This document shows positions 52,434 through 64,000 of a stretch of DNA of 64,000 bases, in pieces (the stretch's first letter is position 1; each line of letters starts with the position of its first letter). Source of the DNA: Lingula anatina (taxonomy: Eukaryota; Animalia; Brachiopoda); the NCBI GenBank assembly GCA_051362555.1, contig CM120649.1, positions 6,138,001-6,202,000 on the forward strand, given 5' to 3'. Both the position numbers and the translations under genes were made by a program. The notes beneath the pieces are model-generated. The model did not search any database, was not told the origin of the DNA, and saw only the letters and a list, made by a program, of their open reading frames with translations.

Positions 52434-55400
52434 GTCCGAGGTGCACAGCTTTTAGCTTCTGTTGCAGATGATTTAACTTAAAATAAATTAATTGATATGC
52501 TGTTTTTCTTTATGGACTTTTAATTAGGCCACATTTGGAGTAAATATGAAATTATATTTGAAACATCTTAGTGAAATCTATCTTGACATCCTGACAGATG
52601 TGTTTAGATAAACGTTTATGTGCGAACGTTGTTTAGTACTGTATAGCAAATGCACATCTCCCGTCTGGACACAATGAAGAGATAACTTTGAGGGAAATTG
52701 TCAAGACTCTTTCTTCTATCATACCGGTATATTAATTATCGACGGAGACGCACTACCAGAAATTACCTCGTTTCGATGTTTAACGCACTAATGTAGATCA
52801 AATTAACCTTTTCAGGTCTATGCCTGACATCACTTACAAAACTCCAGCATAACATGGATTGCCAAGTGTGGTTGTTTTATGTCGGCGACACCATTTCAAC
52901 CTGTGTAAAGCGTGACTTACTGCATTTCTTCAGAAATGCGGGCTATAAGCAAGCAAAATGATATACAGTATTTGCCCTTGTAAATGCATTTGTATTTAAA
53001 TATTTAGAATAGTGATAAAGTTGTTTTAAGACTGCCTGTTTTTCAAAATGTCCTCAACATTCCTCATATAACGATGATAGTTGTCGAGAGAATTGTGCGC
53101 GATATGTTTCGAGAGGAGAATAAATACGTACGTAATTACATGTATACACAAGTACAGTTAATGTACGCTGCAGGAACAGGAAAATATTTCGGCGTCATTC
53201 TTCAAATATCAACTGTACAAGTGAGTCCCTCTCTTGATGCTTTTTAAGTTTCAATACAAGTAAATGACTGTCCCACAGACCAGTTGTACAAATGTTTTTC
53301 GATTTTTTCTTAAATATGAATGTTTACATGTGTGGTGTATCAAACTCCATCGCATTGAAGGATGAGACCAGCTTGTGACCACCATTGCAGATAAAATCGC
53401 AACTACATTGTAGGGCTTCTTATCTGATGCACGTTTGCACGTTGTAATTGTTCCTTTCGCCGCCCGTTATTGTTCCCTCGGAAAAGAAAGGAAGTTGTCT
53501 TTGTCTTCAATATGTTTAAGATTAGGCAGTCCCTTAGTCCCAGGTGCACAGCTTTTAGCCTCTGTTGCAGATGATTTTATTTAAACTAAATTAATTGATA
53601 TACTGATTTTTTCTTAATGCAATTATAAGTAAGCAACATTTAGAATAAATATGTAACAATTATTACACTTGATACATCGTAGTGAAATCTATCTTGTCGT
53701 CTTGACAAATGTGTGTATATTTGTTTGTGGACCTTTGACAGTGCTGGAGAGGGTACACATTTGCACCCATCTTAGTGCCATGAAGAGTTTACTTCCTAAT
53801 CTCTGTAGTGGCGATGCTCTTCGTAGTAAATTTTTTAATATCATTCAACTAGGAAAAAAGACATTTTCATAAATTAACCAAGGCTTATAAACACGTCCTG
53901 AAATAATGATAATGTACAGCGTATTTATTTATTTTTGTTATTTTTATTGACTTGTAGATTGAGTGTAATGTTGCCAAATACTATTATTTGCAGACAGATA
54001 TGGAGTGGTAGAGTGCGATGATGGTGGGGTCGTTAGTGTCGACACGTCAAAGTTAACGACGGTAGACGGGGGGAAAGTAATGGTTGGGGCCCAAATTGTA
54101 TTTTCTGCTAAACCCGCTTTATATATTCCCGTTTAACTGACGAAGTACAGTAAGTAGATGTTTTGATTTTTGAAGTAATAAGAAGCGGTGCAATATTTAC
54201 CGGACAGCAATTAGCGGCTATTAATACCATCACGCCTAAATGCATACGCTTCCTGAATAAGACGGTCGCCCCCTGCCAGGTTGAGAGATCGGGACACGCT
54301 CTCCTGCCTCGCGACTGGCTAAATATCCATTGTTAAACGATCCTCCTACTTCCATTGTTCAAAAAGTGGGCGGTAGGCTTGGTCACGGTGAAGAGTAACC
54401 GTGTCCGTAGACACGATCACGGTAGTGAGAACAGATTAAAAAGCCTAGCTGTACTTCCGTGACCTACTTTCCTACCCCATTGACATACAGCTTAGAATGC
54501 CAGCAGAAAAATCTGTTCAAACATCATTTTCGGGTAAAATTAAACAATGCCTTTTGGTAATTCTCTTAGTTATACTACTTGAAACTATATGCTGGCATTT
54601 GGTTGGTTTTTGTGACACAAAATTGACTTTGTATGCATCTTTAAGCTACTACCTGTATATGAGGTACATTTGCTGTAATTACGCTGTCCTTCATGTTTTG
54701 CGTTAGTCTACATTTTGCTGTACGTGCTTGTATTTTTTTTAATCTGTGCGTACAACTTTTGCAGGTCTGGTAACTCCCCTGTTATGTGATGAAAGTCTAA
54801 ATTTGGCAATTACATGTAGTTCCTTAGCTTATTTCAATAGAATTGCAGTGTAAAAAATTCAACAAGATGTTGGCACAATAGCCCTTTACTCTTTGTGGGT
54901 ATTTCCCCCGTCAAAGTTTATCTATTTATCTAAAAGTATCTTTCAATCTTTGCTCTTTTTCCTGTTTTTCCTCAACACGTTTACTTCCAAGGAAGTAATG
55001 CCTGGGCATACGCATGCTTAAAGATACCCTGAGAGCAATTTCTGTTATTAATGTTCGCGACCGTGTTTGATCACAATTGTTTAAATATTGATATTTAACG
55101 TCATTTACAAATTCCAATAAAATAACCCCATGAAGTAAATGAGATATATTGAGAAATATTAAAGCCCACCAAGACGAGTTTGATACCTGTTATTATCTGG
55201 CTTGGGGATTGCAGCAGTGCATAATTAGCAGGTTTTATTGTTAACAAGCTCTTGGTCAACTACAATGTATTTAAAATGCATCAACAGTTAGTAAGCTTGC
55301 CAACTGAAGACAGGTAATCTAAAAGACTATTAGCTTTTGATGTGATCTAAAACACCTGAGGTGACCGAGATCGCGAGCATCGCAACTATTGTCACCGAAG

Positions 55401-57294
55401 TTAGTAAGTCACGGAAGACCGTCACAGACAAAGAAAGATTGTCAAGGAGTGCTGCAATTATGGTGAATCCCACGGCAACACACTGAGGCATGAAGAAAAT
55501 TGTTCAACTCCGTTCAACACAACTTTCTTAAACTATTGTCTGTATGCACCATGCAGCTCAGGTAAGTATCATAGACCTTTATCCTCCTTGTCGTCTCAGT
55601 ACCCATGACCCAGATCTGTTGCTTCATTTATGCAAGGTGAGGTTTACTAAAACGCTTTTTTTCTACTAATAGATTGTTTTTATAAATTCTTAATGACGGG
55701 GATCGATTAAAACATACCTGTAGTGAATAGATTGAGTGCTGAATAGTCAAAATTCGAGAAATGGATTTTTGTGGGTCTATTCTCCTGACATACTCCGAAC
55801 CACCAACACCACGAGCACTGACCTTCCACTGACTATTGTATCCTCCGAATGGTTAGCCCCGTGCACCTCAACAAAAGCACCAACTATGATTTTGCCCCTA
55901 CTCGCCTATACGCATAAAAGATTTACGAAATTGCACATTAACAAAGTATTGGTTCGGGGGCGCTGAAGAGCCCCCCCCCCCCCCAAAAAAAAAAAAAAAA
56001 AAGAAGGTATTTTAGAGGGCAATGGTGCCATTTGGCACGGGTTGGAGCTTGATTCAGCTTATCAAAATTTTCAAGAGGGAACCAAAAATCGAAGGGGGGG
56101 GGGGGGGTTCAGGCCCCCCGACCCCCCTCTAAATCCGCCACTGACAGTCAGTTGGAATTGGAAGCTCATCAAATAATTGTTCAATCTATTCGTCTTCAGC
56201 AAAAACCACCGGTTGATTTCCTAGGAGATTTTAAAGATTTTGTACCAATTGTCAAGTCTCTCCTGTTAACATCTGCACCAACACGTCTTCTTTTATTTCC
56301 CATATATTCGTAAAGTCGTCACCAGTTTTTCTTGTATTAGACAACATCAGGGGATGCGTGTTAATCTGATTGCATTCAGCGAGAGAACCGGCGGAGGCGA
56401 GTAGATATACGTCGAACAATAGTTTCATTGGGAATGAGCCAGTAAACCCAATACAAATAGAAATAACACGAAAAATAGGAGTAGATGTATTATGTTATAA
56501 TGTTATAAATATAACAGATGATAATGTAAATAAACCAGTGGACATATGCAATTAGATAAATATCAACGAAATGCACGACATTTTTCTCCTTTTCGGTGTT
56601 TTTTTCCTGTTTTTTTTAACTCGTTATTCTTAAAAGTGGTTGATATTTTGCAAAGGTATAAAGAATATTTTTTCATTTCCCCGGCTATCACTATCTAGTA
56701 TGTATTTTTCAGAGAAAATGAAACTTTTCACTTGGATCATGTTCTGCATATGTCGATTTATTTTCGGCAGAGTTCAACGTTTGTGGTGGAGAATCACCGG
56801 AACCGCTAAAACACTTCGTCAAATAAAAGATGGCCAGTTGTACGAAAAATCAGCCCATGTCAGGCATATCATCTGGAAGTGTAAATGGGATGAGTTATCT
56901 CCGACCGACCCTTCCAAATTTATCACCACACATAGTCATTTTGACCACCCACGATGTATACTAGGAGACGATGTGAACTTAACCTTCATAGATGAAAACG
57001 AAGCTTACTTTGCTCAGATGCCCTTGTCAGTAAACATATTAAGTTCTGATCTGAGTCCTTTCTTATTCGCTGCGATATTCAACCACGTGTATCGAGTGAT
57101 AGTCATGCCAATTTCATCATTTCACAGAATCGCAGATGAAATTGGTGATCCTAAAACTAAAGTGCTTCTGCTGTCAAACACTGGGCGTTGTGGATCAACG
57201 GCAGTCACACAAGTCTTGGAATCGGTCCCGAGGGTTGTGACAATGAGCGAACCCGACAGTTTCACAAATATCATTATGCTAAGGGAAAAATTAT

Positions 57295-58069
57295 CACTGC
57301 ATGAAAAAACACCTTTTATCGCCTTTCATTTATCTACAAAATGTTATCGAAAGATGATCCCTCATCTTTGATCATCTTTTCCTGACGAAAAGGTCATCTT
57401 TCACCTTTCAATTGTAAAAGGTCATCTTTTTATCAACTTTTATCTCTCGGAAAGACCATCATTCACATTTTCATTAACTTTCAGTTTTCAAAAGTTCAAC
57501 TATCACCTTTTACAGTGCGAAAGGCCACCTTACATTCCGTTTTTGTTTACTGGAAAGGTCACATTTTGTTTATCTTTTATTTTCCGAAAGCTTAAAACTG
57601 ATTTTATAATATCGCGTGGTGATCTTTTGTATATATACTTTTTATTTTATGTACATGACTTAATTCCGCATTTTACAGTAAGCGCAGTATGGAAAAAGCG
57701 AATACTTTTGCAAATTGTTTGCATGATGAAATGTTTTGGACTTTGATTAAAGTATTCAACAGATAGATTAAATGTGGTGCTTTGCATTTTGGAGAAATAA
57801 TTACGCAATCTTAGATTGGCTGGAGTATATGTACAAATATATAGCATTCAGTGCAGTGAAAGAAATGTTCACCGCCTTCCACCTGAGGTAGACATATAAT
57901 TTTGACGCTTTGAACTACAAACAACTTTCAGAATCGAAAGTAACTTATATTTTTATTCCAATATTGTCAGGATTTAAATACAGCAAATCAAAAATTTTTA
58001 TGTCAGAAGTCACATCTCCATATTTGCCTAGATAATTTCTTTCACAGGAAATGATCTCCATCGCCATGA

Positions 58070-58113
<44 letters not shown>

Positions 58114-61100
58114 GGACAGAAGCTATCGTTGCTGTCTCAGTTATGTCAGGATTTTTGCATTGACTGTCAAAAAAGTGCTTGAGGTCACCTCTCCATAATT
58201 TGCCTGGCTAGAGGATCGTCTCTAAACAGAAAACCACCCCTCCTCAACAAAAAAGGCAATAGGATCTCTCGTCACTAACTGTTATTTTCAGTAATGTCAG
58301 GATTTTTGCATTGATTGCACCAAGTCAAAATAGTGTTTGAGGTCACCTCTCCATAATTTGCCTGGCTAGAGGATCGTCTCTAAACAGAAAACCACCCCTC
58401 CTTGACAAAAAAGGTTATAGGATCTCTCGTCACTTACTTTGTTATTTTCAGTGATGTCAGTATTTGCACTAATGGAAGCAGGTCAAAATAGTGTTTGAGG
58501 TCACCTCCCCATAATTTGCCTGGTTAGAGGATTGTCTCTAAACAGAAAACCACCTCTCCTTGACAAAAAAGGTTATAGGATCTCTCGTCACTAACTTTGT
58601 TATTTGCAGTTATGTCGGTATTTGCACTAATTGTAGCAAGTCAAAATAGTGTTTGAGGTCACCTCCCCATAATTTGCCTGGCTAGAGGATCATTTCTTAA
58701 CAGAAAACCACCTCTCCTTGACAAAAAAGGTTATAGGATCTCTCGTCACTAACTTTGTTATTTGCAGTTATGTCAGTATTTGCAGTGATTGTAGCAAGTA
58801 AAAATAATAATAATAATAATTACAATATATGCCAGAGGCCACCTCTCCATAGTTTGCCTGACAAGGGGATCGTTTCTAAGGAGAAAACCACTCTACAATT
58901 CTTATGATGTGTTTAAGGCTCCAGAGAGCAAGTTTTATCTCATGCATAGTCCCTAATAGTAAGGCCCTGGGCATGATGGAAATATTTCACTGAAGTTAGA
59001 TAAGTAGTAATCAGCTATGCAGTTTGAATTTGTTTATATTGGAAATGGTAATATTATTGACAGACTGTAACTGTTTGCATATCCCTAATTCATCTTGCTT
59101 ACACTGCTGTAGTTAATCTAAATATCAGAGGAAAATTATCAACCATACATAACTGTTTGCTTATTCTCCTTGCTCAGAGCGAGTCAGTCTCTCCTTTACT
59201 ATTTTAGCATGTTTAAGTCCATAAATCTGACAGAAAGGGGGTCTGAGGTAAACACAGTGAGGTTATACATGTAGGTTAACAATTTCTATTGTGGCTGCAG
59301 ACTGGGAATTCATGTAACAGGAACACAGAAACGCAGCCTTCTTTTAGATGTTCATCTCTTTTCTTGTGACGACAGGCACTCCTTTTTCATCCTTGGGACA
59401 CCCCATTCCTTTATAAAAGAAAAGACATACTGAATAATTGAAACATGGAAGTTTATGCTTGAATTTCAAGGATTTGAAGCCATATCATGATATAGTACCA
59501 AAACAATTCAATTGCTAAAGCTGAGCGTTACCATATCTGCACATCCACGATACTGGGTAACAACACTGTGACATAAGCATTGAAATTTCAAAGTGTTTTT
59601 GCTTTAAATTCATAAATTTTACGAAATGTAACATTAAACACATATAAAAATAATTCGGAAAGAGTTTACTTAACTCCAAAGAGATGGGAGAGCATGCTAC
59701 GATCCTGAACCGTAAGTTTCATTTAATAATCATGTGACCTGGTCATTATGTCATGGAAATCTCCACTCTTTATGCTTAAGTCCCTGGGCCGAATCTGAAT
59801 GGGGAAATGAGACTACACGCTAGCTGTGATTTGGTTGTCGTGCATCAAAGCCCCCCCCTTGTAATCCAACACATGGGAATATTTTGACACACTTTTAAAA
59901 TGATAACCCCTTGTTGTTACCCCGTATCGTGGACGTGCAGGTATATTTCCAAAGTTCACAGTGAGTATAACCGGTCAAACGTTAGAACAGACAAAAGCCA
60001 AGCCCAATGAAACTCAGTATAATTCGATCCTTTCTCAAGAGACGGCTAAATTACCCTGCAATATGCAGTGCTTCGAGAAAGAATCCCGCTTTAATCCCAG
60101 AAGCATGCTTTGGCTATAATTTGTGTTAAGATACACTGTGCGAACATTACTGAAATCACTATTTCACCTACCTTGTGAAACGATGACCGGCTGCCCCCTG
60201 TCTAGTGATCTATATTATTGCCTCTTTCTGTTTTAGTCTTGAATAAAACAAGAGGCAAAAGGTGCGTTCTTCTTGCCATTAATATAGCGTTAGGTCAATG
60301 CTAGAGAATCGGCGCGAAAGATATCCCATTACAGACTATCTGCGCGTGCGCACGGCCAGGCGGTTAAAAATGCGCGGGGACTGCTAGGCTGTGTAGGCCG
60401 GTCACAGAAGATTTTTTAAGCCTCCGTATTGATTATGGTCGACTTCTTTGCAAGATGGCGTTTGTTGCGGCGATAATATAACTGATGAGGATGAAGAGAA
60501 GGTGTAAATGCCTCAGGTAGGTCTAATATAACATTTGAATCAATCATATTTAAGGGAACATCCGTGTCAGGGACGACCAAGAGGGCTTTTATGCACGGAG
60601 AACAGACCGTGCCGAAATAAGATTATCACGATCGTAAAACAATAGTTAATCAAACTTTATGACCTTTTTATTAGAATACTGCAAAAAGTTTACGTCAAAG
60701 TACGGCCACGCGTACAAGTAAAGATTCTGTACATGTATTAAACTGGCCTGTATTAATCCCATTGAGTCGACCTACATTCCTTGACCTAAATTCCAGGCAG
60801 GGTTATATAATCAATGCACTGGTTCACTCGCAGGGTTCAAACAGGACTTTGACTGCTTGAATGTAGCATTGTACGTGTATTCAGTCTGTTTATGACATTT
60901 AAAGTACTTGAAATTGCTATTAGCCTTACCAAGGCCTTGTATTTCATTATTTTTGTCTTAAAAGTACTTGAATTTGAACAGTTAGAAATTTGTTGAATGA
61001 TTATTACGAATCTTGTTGTTTTTAACCTGAATGTAGACAGTAGCATGCTGGGGGAATGCCCTTTTTAACCTTTCAATTTTTTCTCATGTTTCGTCATTAG

Positions 61101-62680
61101 TGTATTAAAATACAAAGTTTGTGTAAAATGATGCACCTCTTTTCTATGTAAACTAAAAATGACAGTAAGGCCATTAAAAGAGTCATTGAAAAGGTCTTGA
61201 TTCAGAGCCTCAGAAATCCTTCAATTTGCTTTTATGTTGCTGTATGAATCCTGAGCAGTAATCATGTTTTCATCAATGAAAACTGTTTGTATGATATTAC
61301 ACTAAAAGAATTCACTGTCTTAAAAAATCTCTTTATTTCTTTTCCAGATGCTATTAAAAGACAGGCTTTCTACATGGCTGAATAGCATATAAAAGCAAAC
61401 AAAGTGGATGGACTAAAGCAAAATAATTAGAAGAGAAGAATGGGGTATGTAATACAGGAGCTTTTCTAAGTTCTGTACAAGGCCCAATCAAGTTGCCTAT
61501 CAGTGATAATGAATGCATATTTTCTTCATTACTTGTAGCTATTTCATTATTCATATTTCCCTAATTGAAAACTTTTTACATGATATTACATTAAAATAAT
61601 TCACTCTTTCTATTTCTTTACCAGGTGCCATTAAAAGAAACTACAGATCTGAAAAGTAGGAGGATGTTCTAAAACAAGCAAAAGGACTGGATGAGCTTAA
61701 ACAAAAAATATGGAAAAAAAGGAAGAGGTACTATCATAGGATGCTTTTTAAACCTTGTAATATCTGTTTTTAAGCCTTTTGATGGCTTTAAGTCCATAGT
61801 TTGAAAATTAAACATAATAAAAGTGGGCATTGTTTTTATCGTATTTGATTAGCATTAAAATGGACTGTTACCAAAAAACAATATTTATCATTACATACAT
61901 CCTATTTTCCAGGAGGCAAAAGGGAAAGATTTGGGCAGGCAAAGTGTTCACTTGACAGACGCTTCCAGAAAAACTACTCCCACGAGAACGAGAAGTTACG
62001 CATATATAGTAGGACTAGTGGATCTGGCTGAAAGTACATTTAGAGAACATTTCCTGGGCCTTTCTTGGATTATCAAAACAAAAAATCAAAGTTCCTTGGA
62101 TTATCAAAAAACTTTCAAAAGACAAGCGCAACCTGCACAAAAATGTTATAATGGAATAAATTATAAAAGTTTATACCATGTGTTGTTCTGTTTTATCAAT
62201 ATATTATTAAAGCGCCGCAATAAATATAACAGTAAAATACCTAACAAAAGAAGGAAAAATATAGTCTTTTCTTAAATAAAAAGGTTTGAAAAGGCTATCT
62301 TTTGTATCTGGAAAGTTGCACAAAAGGCATCCGAAAGTTGGACTTTTTGGCAGGAAAAGGTAGAGAAAAGTGGGTCATTAATATACCTTTTAGCATACAA
62401 AAAGCTGATGAATGATGAACTTGAGAATACCTTTTCTTCAAGCAAAAGATCGTCTTTTTGCAGCAAAAGGTGTATGAAAGTTCAACTTTTGTGTAGAGAA
62501 AAGGTGAAGAAAAGTGGGCCATTTGTAAACCTTTTTCACTTATACAAAAGTCATTCAAAAGATCGTCTTTTACACCTTTCCTAAAAAAACGAAAGGTCTT
62601 GGAAAGATGTGAGAAGATGAATAAAAGAAGGCCTTTTGATCACCTTTCACGATATATAAAAGCTGATTTTTCATGCAGTG
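57295..62680. mobile_element. CACTG-ended (CMC/EnSpm-like) non-autonomous DNA transposon, 5386 bp
   Basis: TIR CACTGCATGAAAAA (imperfectly extends to about 23 bp), 3-bp TSD TAT, subterminal AAAG..CTTT repeats at both ends, no transposase ORF. Confidence 0.9.
57965..58893. repeat. About 158-bp tandem repeat, about 6 units, inside the CACTG element
   Basis: Unit anchors TGTCRG at 57965, 58144, 58295, 58455, 58613, 58771; core gaggtcacctcYccataatttgcctgg. Confidence 0.9.
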
Positions 62681-64000
62681 TATCGAATGAAGATTTGGAA
62701 AGATTTATACAGAGCATGATAAGAATCACGTGTAAGCCGCTGAAATCAAACCCTCAGTTAATCTGCATTAAGACGAAGTCCATGGATTTCAACCACGCAG
62801 ACATAGACGCCCGTCTGTTTCCCGACATGAAACATCTGTTCCTCTACCGAAATGGCAAAGAAACCATACAGTCGTTTTATCACGCCTTTGGGTTTTTGCC
62901 CAGAGTCAAACTTTTCCATGGGATGCAGACTACTCGCCTTGCCCATCGACTTTTACCAAACTTAGCCAAATTCCTTTGGAGCATGCTTATGGTGCCTAAT
63001 CTTCCTTGGCTTCAAGACCCAGAACTTATGATTAAGACTTCCATGGTTGGCATGATGGCGGGTCATTGGTCAGTGCTTTGTCACAATTATATCCGCTTTA
63101 AGGAAGCAGGTATGGACATCAAGGCTTTTAAGTATGAGGATCTTCTTGAGAACCCACAGCATGCCTGTGAGAAGTTGCTAGAATACTGTGGCTTACCCAT
63201 GGAATACACTGAGGAGGCCTGTAACGCCCTGAAACACGATTCCCAACGAGGCATGCTACGATCAAGGAAAGACACGAAAGATAAAGACAGCAAGTACCTT
63301 ATCAAGTGGAACAATCCTGATGTGTTAGCAGAGGTTAATTTCTTTTGTGATCAGGTAGGAATTACACGTATAGGAAAACCTACACTTTTGCCAGATACCA
63401 TTTCTTCCCTGTCTTAAGAATTCTGGAATCGCACTTAATATTAGGAGGACATTATAATTTATCCTCAGAGAAAGAAATATACAATGAGACATAAATTCAT
63501 GGCAATATTATTCAAAGATGTTAGTATGTTTTTGTTGATAAAACGAGTGAGAGAATGCAAGGAAAATCAGAGAAATTTGAAAGAATCTTGAACCTTGAGG
63601 AATGATGTTTATGTGGCAGTCTCGCTATAGGGTTTTAATATGTTGAACGGGGCGATTTAACCTGTGACACGCAAATCAGTTGGAAGTGGTTTGAAGGTCA
63701 CAATAACATACTGTGTACATGTTATATCAAATAAACTCATTTTAACATGATTAATCGATTTGGATTGTTTCTTCTTATCATTCTTACTCTTTATATTCAT
63801 GTAATTGTTAAATGCACGTGTTAATAAACAGGTTGTTTTGTCGTTATCTTTGTGTGTTTGCCTTTGTTGGAAATTATAACTGAGTTTGCCTTTCCATGCA
63901 TTGTAGATTACCAGACTTTATATAGTTTCTCAAGTAAACCCGCATTCAAAAGTAGCTTTACTTAATGGGAACATTGCGTTTTGCGACAGATAATCACCAC

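Larger units (their letters stand above)
47706..54451 (-). mobile_element. 6.7-kb non-autonomous Tc1/mariner-like element with C-terminal transposase fragment (48417-48700)
   Basis: TA|CAGCTAGG...CCTAGCTG|TA; empty site aaccTActtcc at about 39430; fragment HTS..TPPESPDLNPIENIWSTMK is the Tc1 third catalytic block. Confidence 0.9.
35475..56717. repeat. Recent tandem duplication: 35475-41678 is near-identical to 42992-56717 once two insertions are removed
   Basis: Collinear near-identity, e.g. duplicated short ORFs 36811/44927, 39893/54926, 40703/55736; the second copy carries the LINE and Tc1-like insertions. Confidence 0.92.
56718..63417 (+). pseudogene. Sulfotransferase-like ST4, open on both sides but interrupted by a 5.4-kb transposon (parts 56718-57294 and 62684-63417)
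   Basis: ...MLREKL|SNEDLERF... rejoins in frame with no other lesion visible. Confidence 0.88.

Noticed and set aside
56640-57371. 243-aa and 272-aa (62599-63417) ORFs as separate genes
   Set aside because: They are the two halves of ST4 extended into intron or transposon sequence.
58071-58109. Poly(A) tract as a retroposon tail
   Set aside because: It occupies the position of the short A run in the other 158-bp units, so it is a homopolymer expansion.
49590-58893. Regularly spaced repeats (188-bp and 158-bp units) as a CRISPR-like array
   Set aside because: Whole units are repeated with no unique spacers, no cas genes, eukaryotic context; they are internal tandem repeats of transposons.

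Overview
AT-rich, intron-containing animal (probably marine invertebrate) genomic DNA; no prokaryotic features, CRISPR, rRNA or tRNA seen. The window holds three intermingled, tandemly expanded glycan-related families. (i) Four sulfotransferase-like genes with single-exon CDSs (+ strand): two intact, one pseudogene, one split by a CACTG-ended transposon. (ii) Two intact two-exon type II membrane DxD glycosyltransferase-like genes plus a 3' fragment (- strand). (iii) Three four-exon F-type (fucose-binding) lectin + PAN/apple genes (- strand), which the ORF track shows only as fragments; one has a stop in its signal-peptide exon. Order: ST1> <GT1 <FTL-A <FTL-B <FTL-C <GT-fragment <GT2 ST2> ST3psi> ST4::TE>. 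The most interesting inference is a linked glycan 'writer-modifier-reader' locus evolving by duplication, gene conversion and transposition. Paralog comparison resolves several insertions to the base: two Tc1/mariner-like elements, a nested P-like element with a 7-bp TSD, a CACTG element and a Rex1-like LINE fragment. It also shows polymorphic TACATGTA excision footprints, with a possible one inside a lectin variable loop. All family calls are from motifs read by eye; no database search was run.
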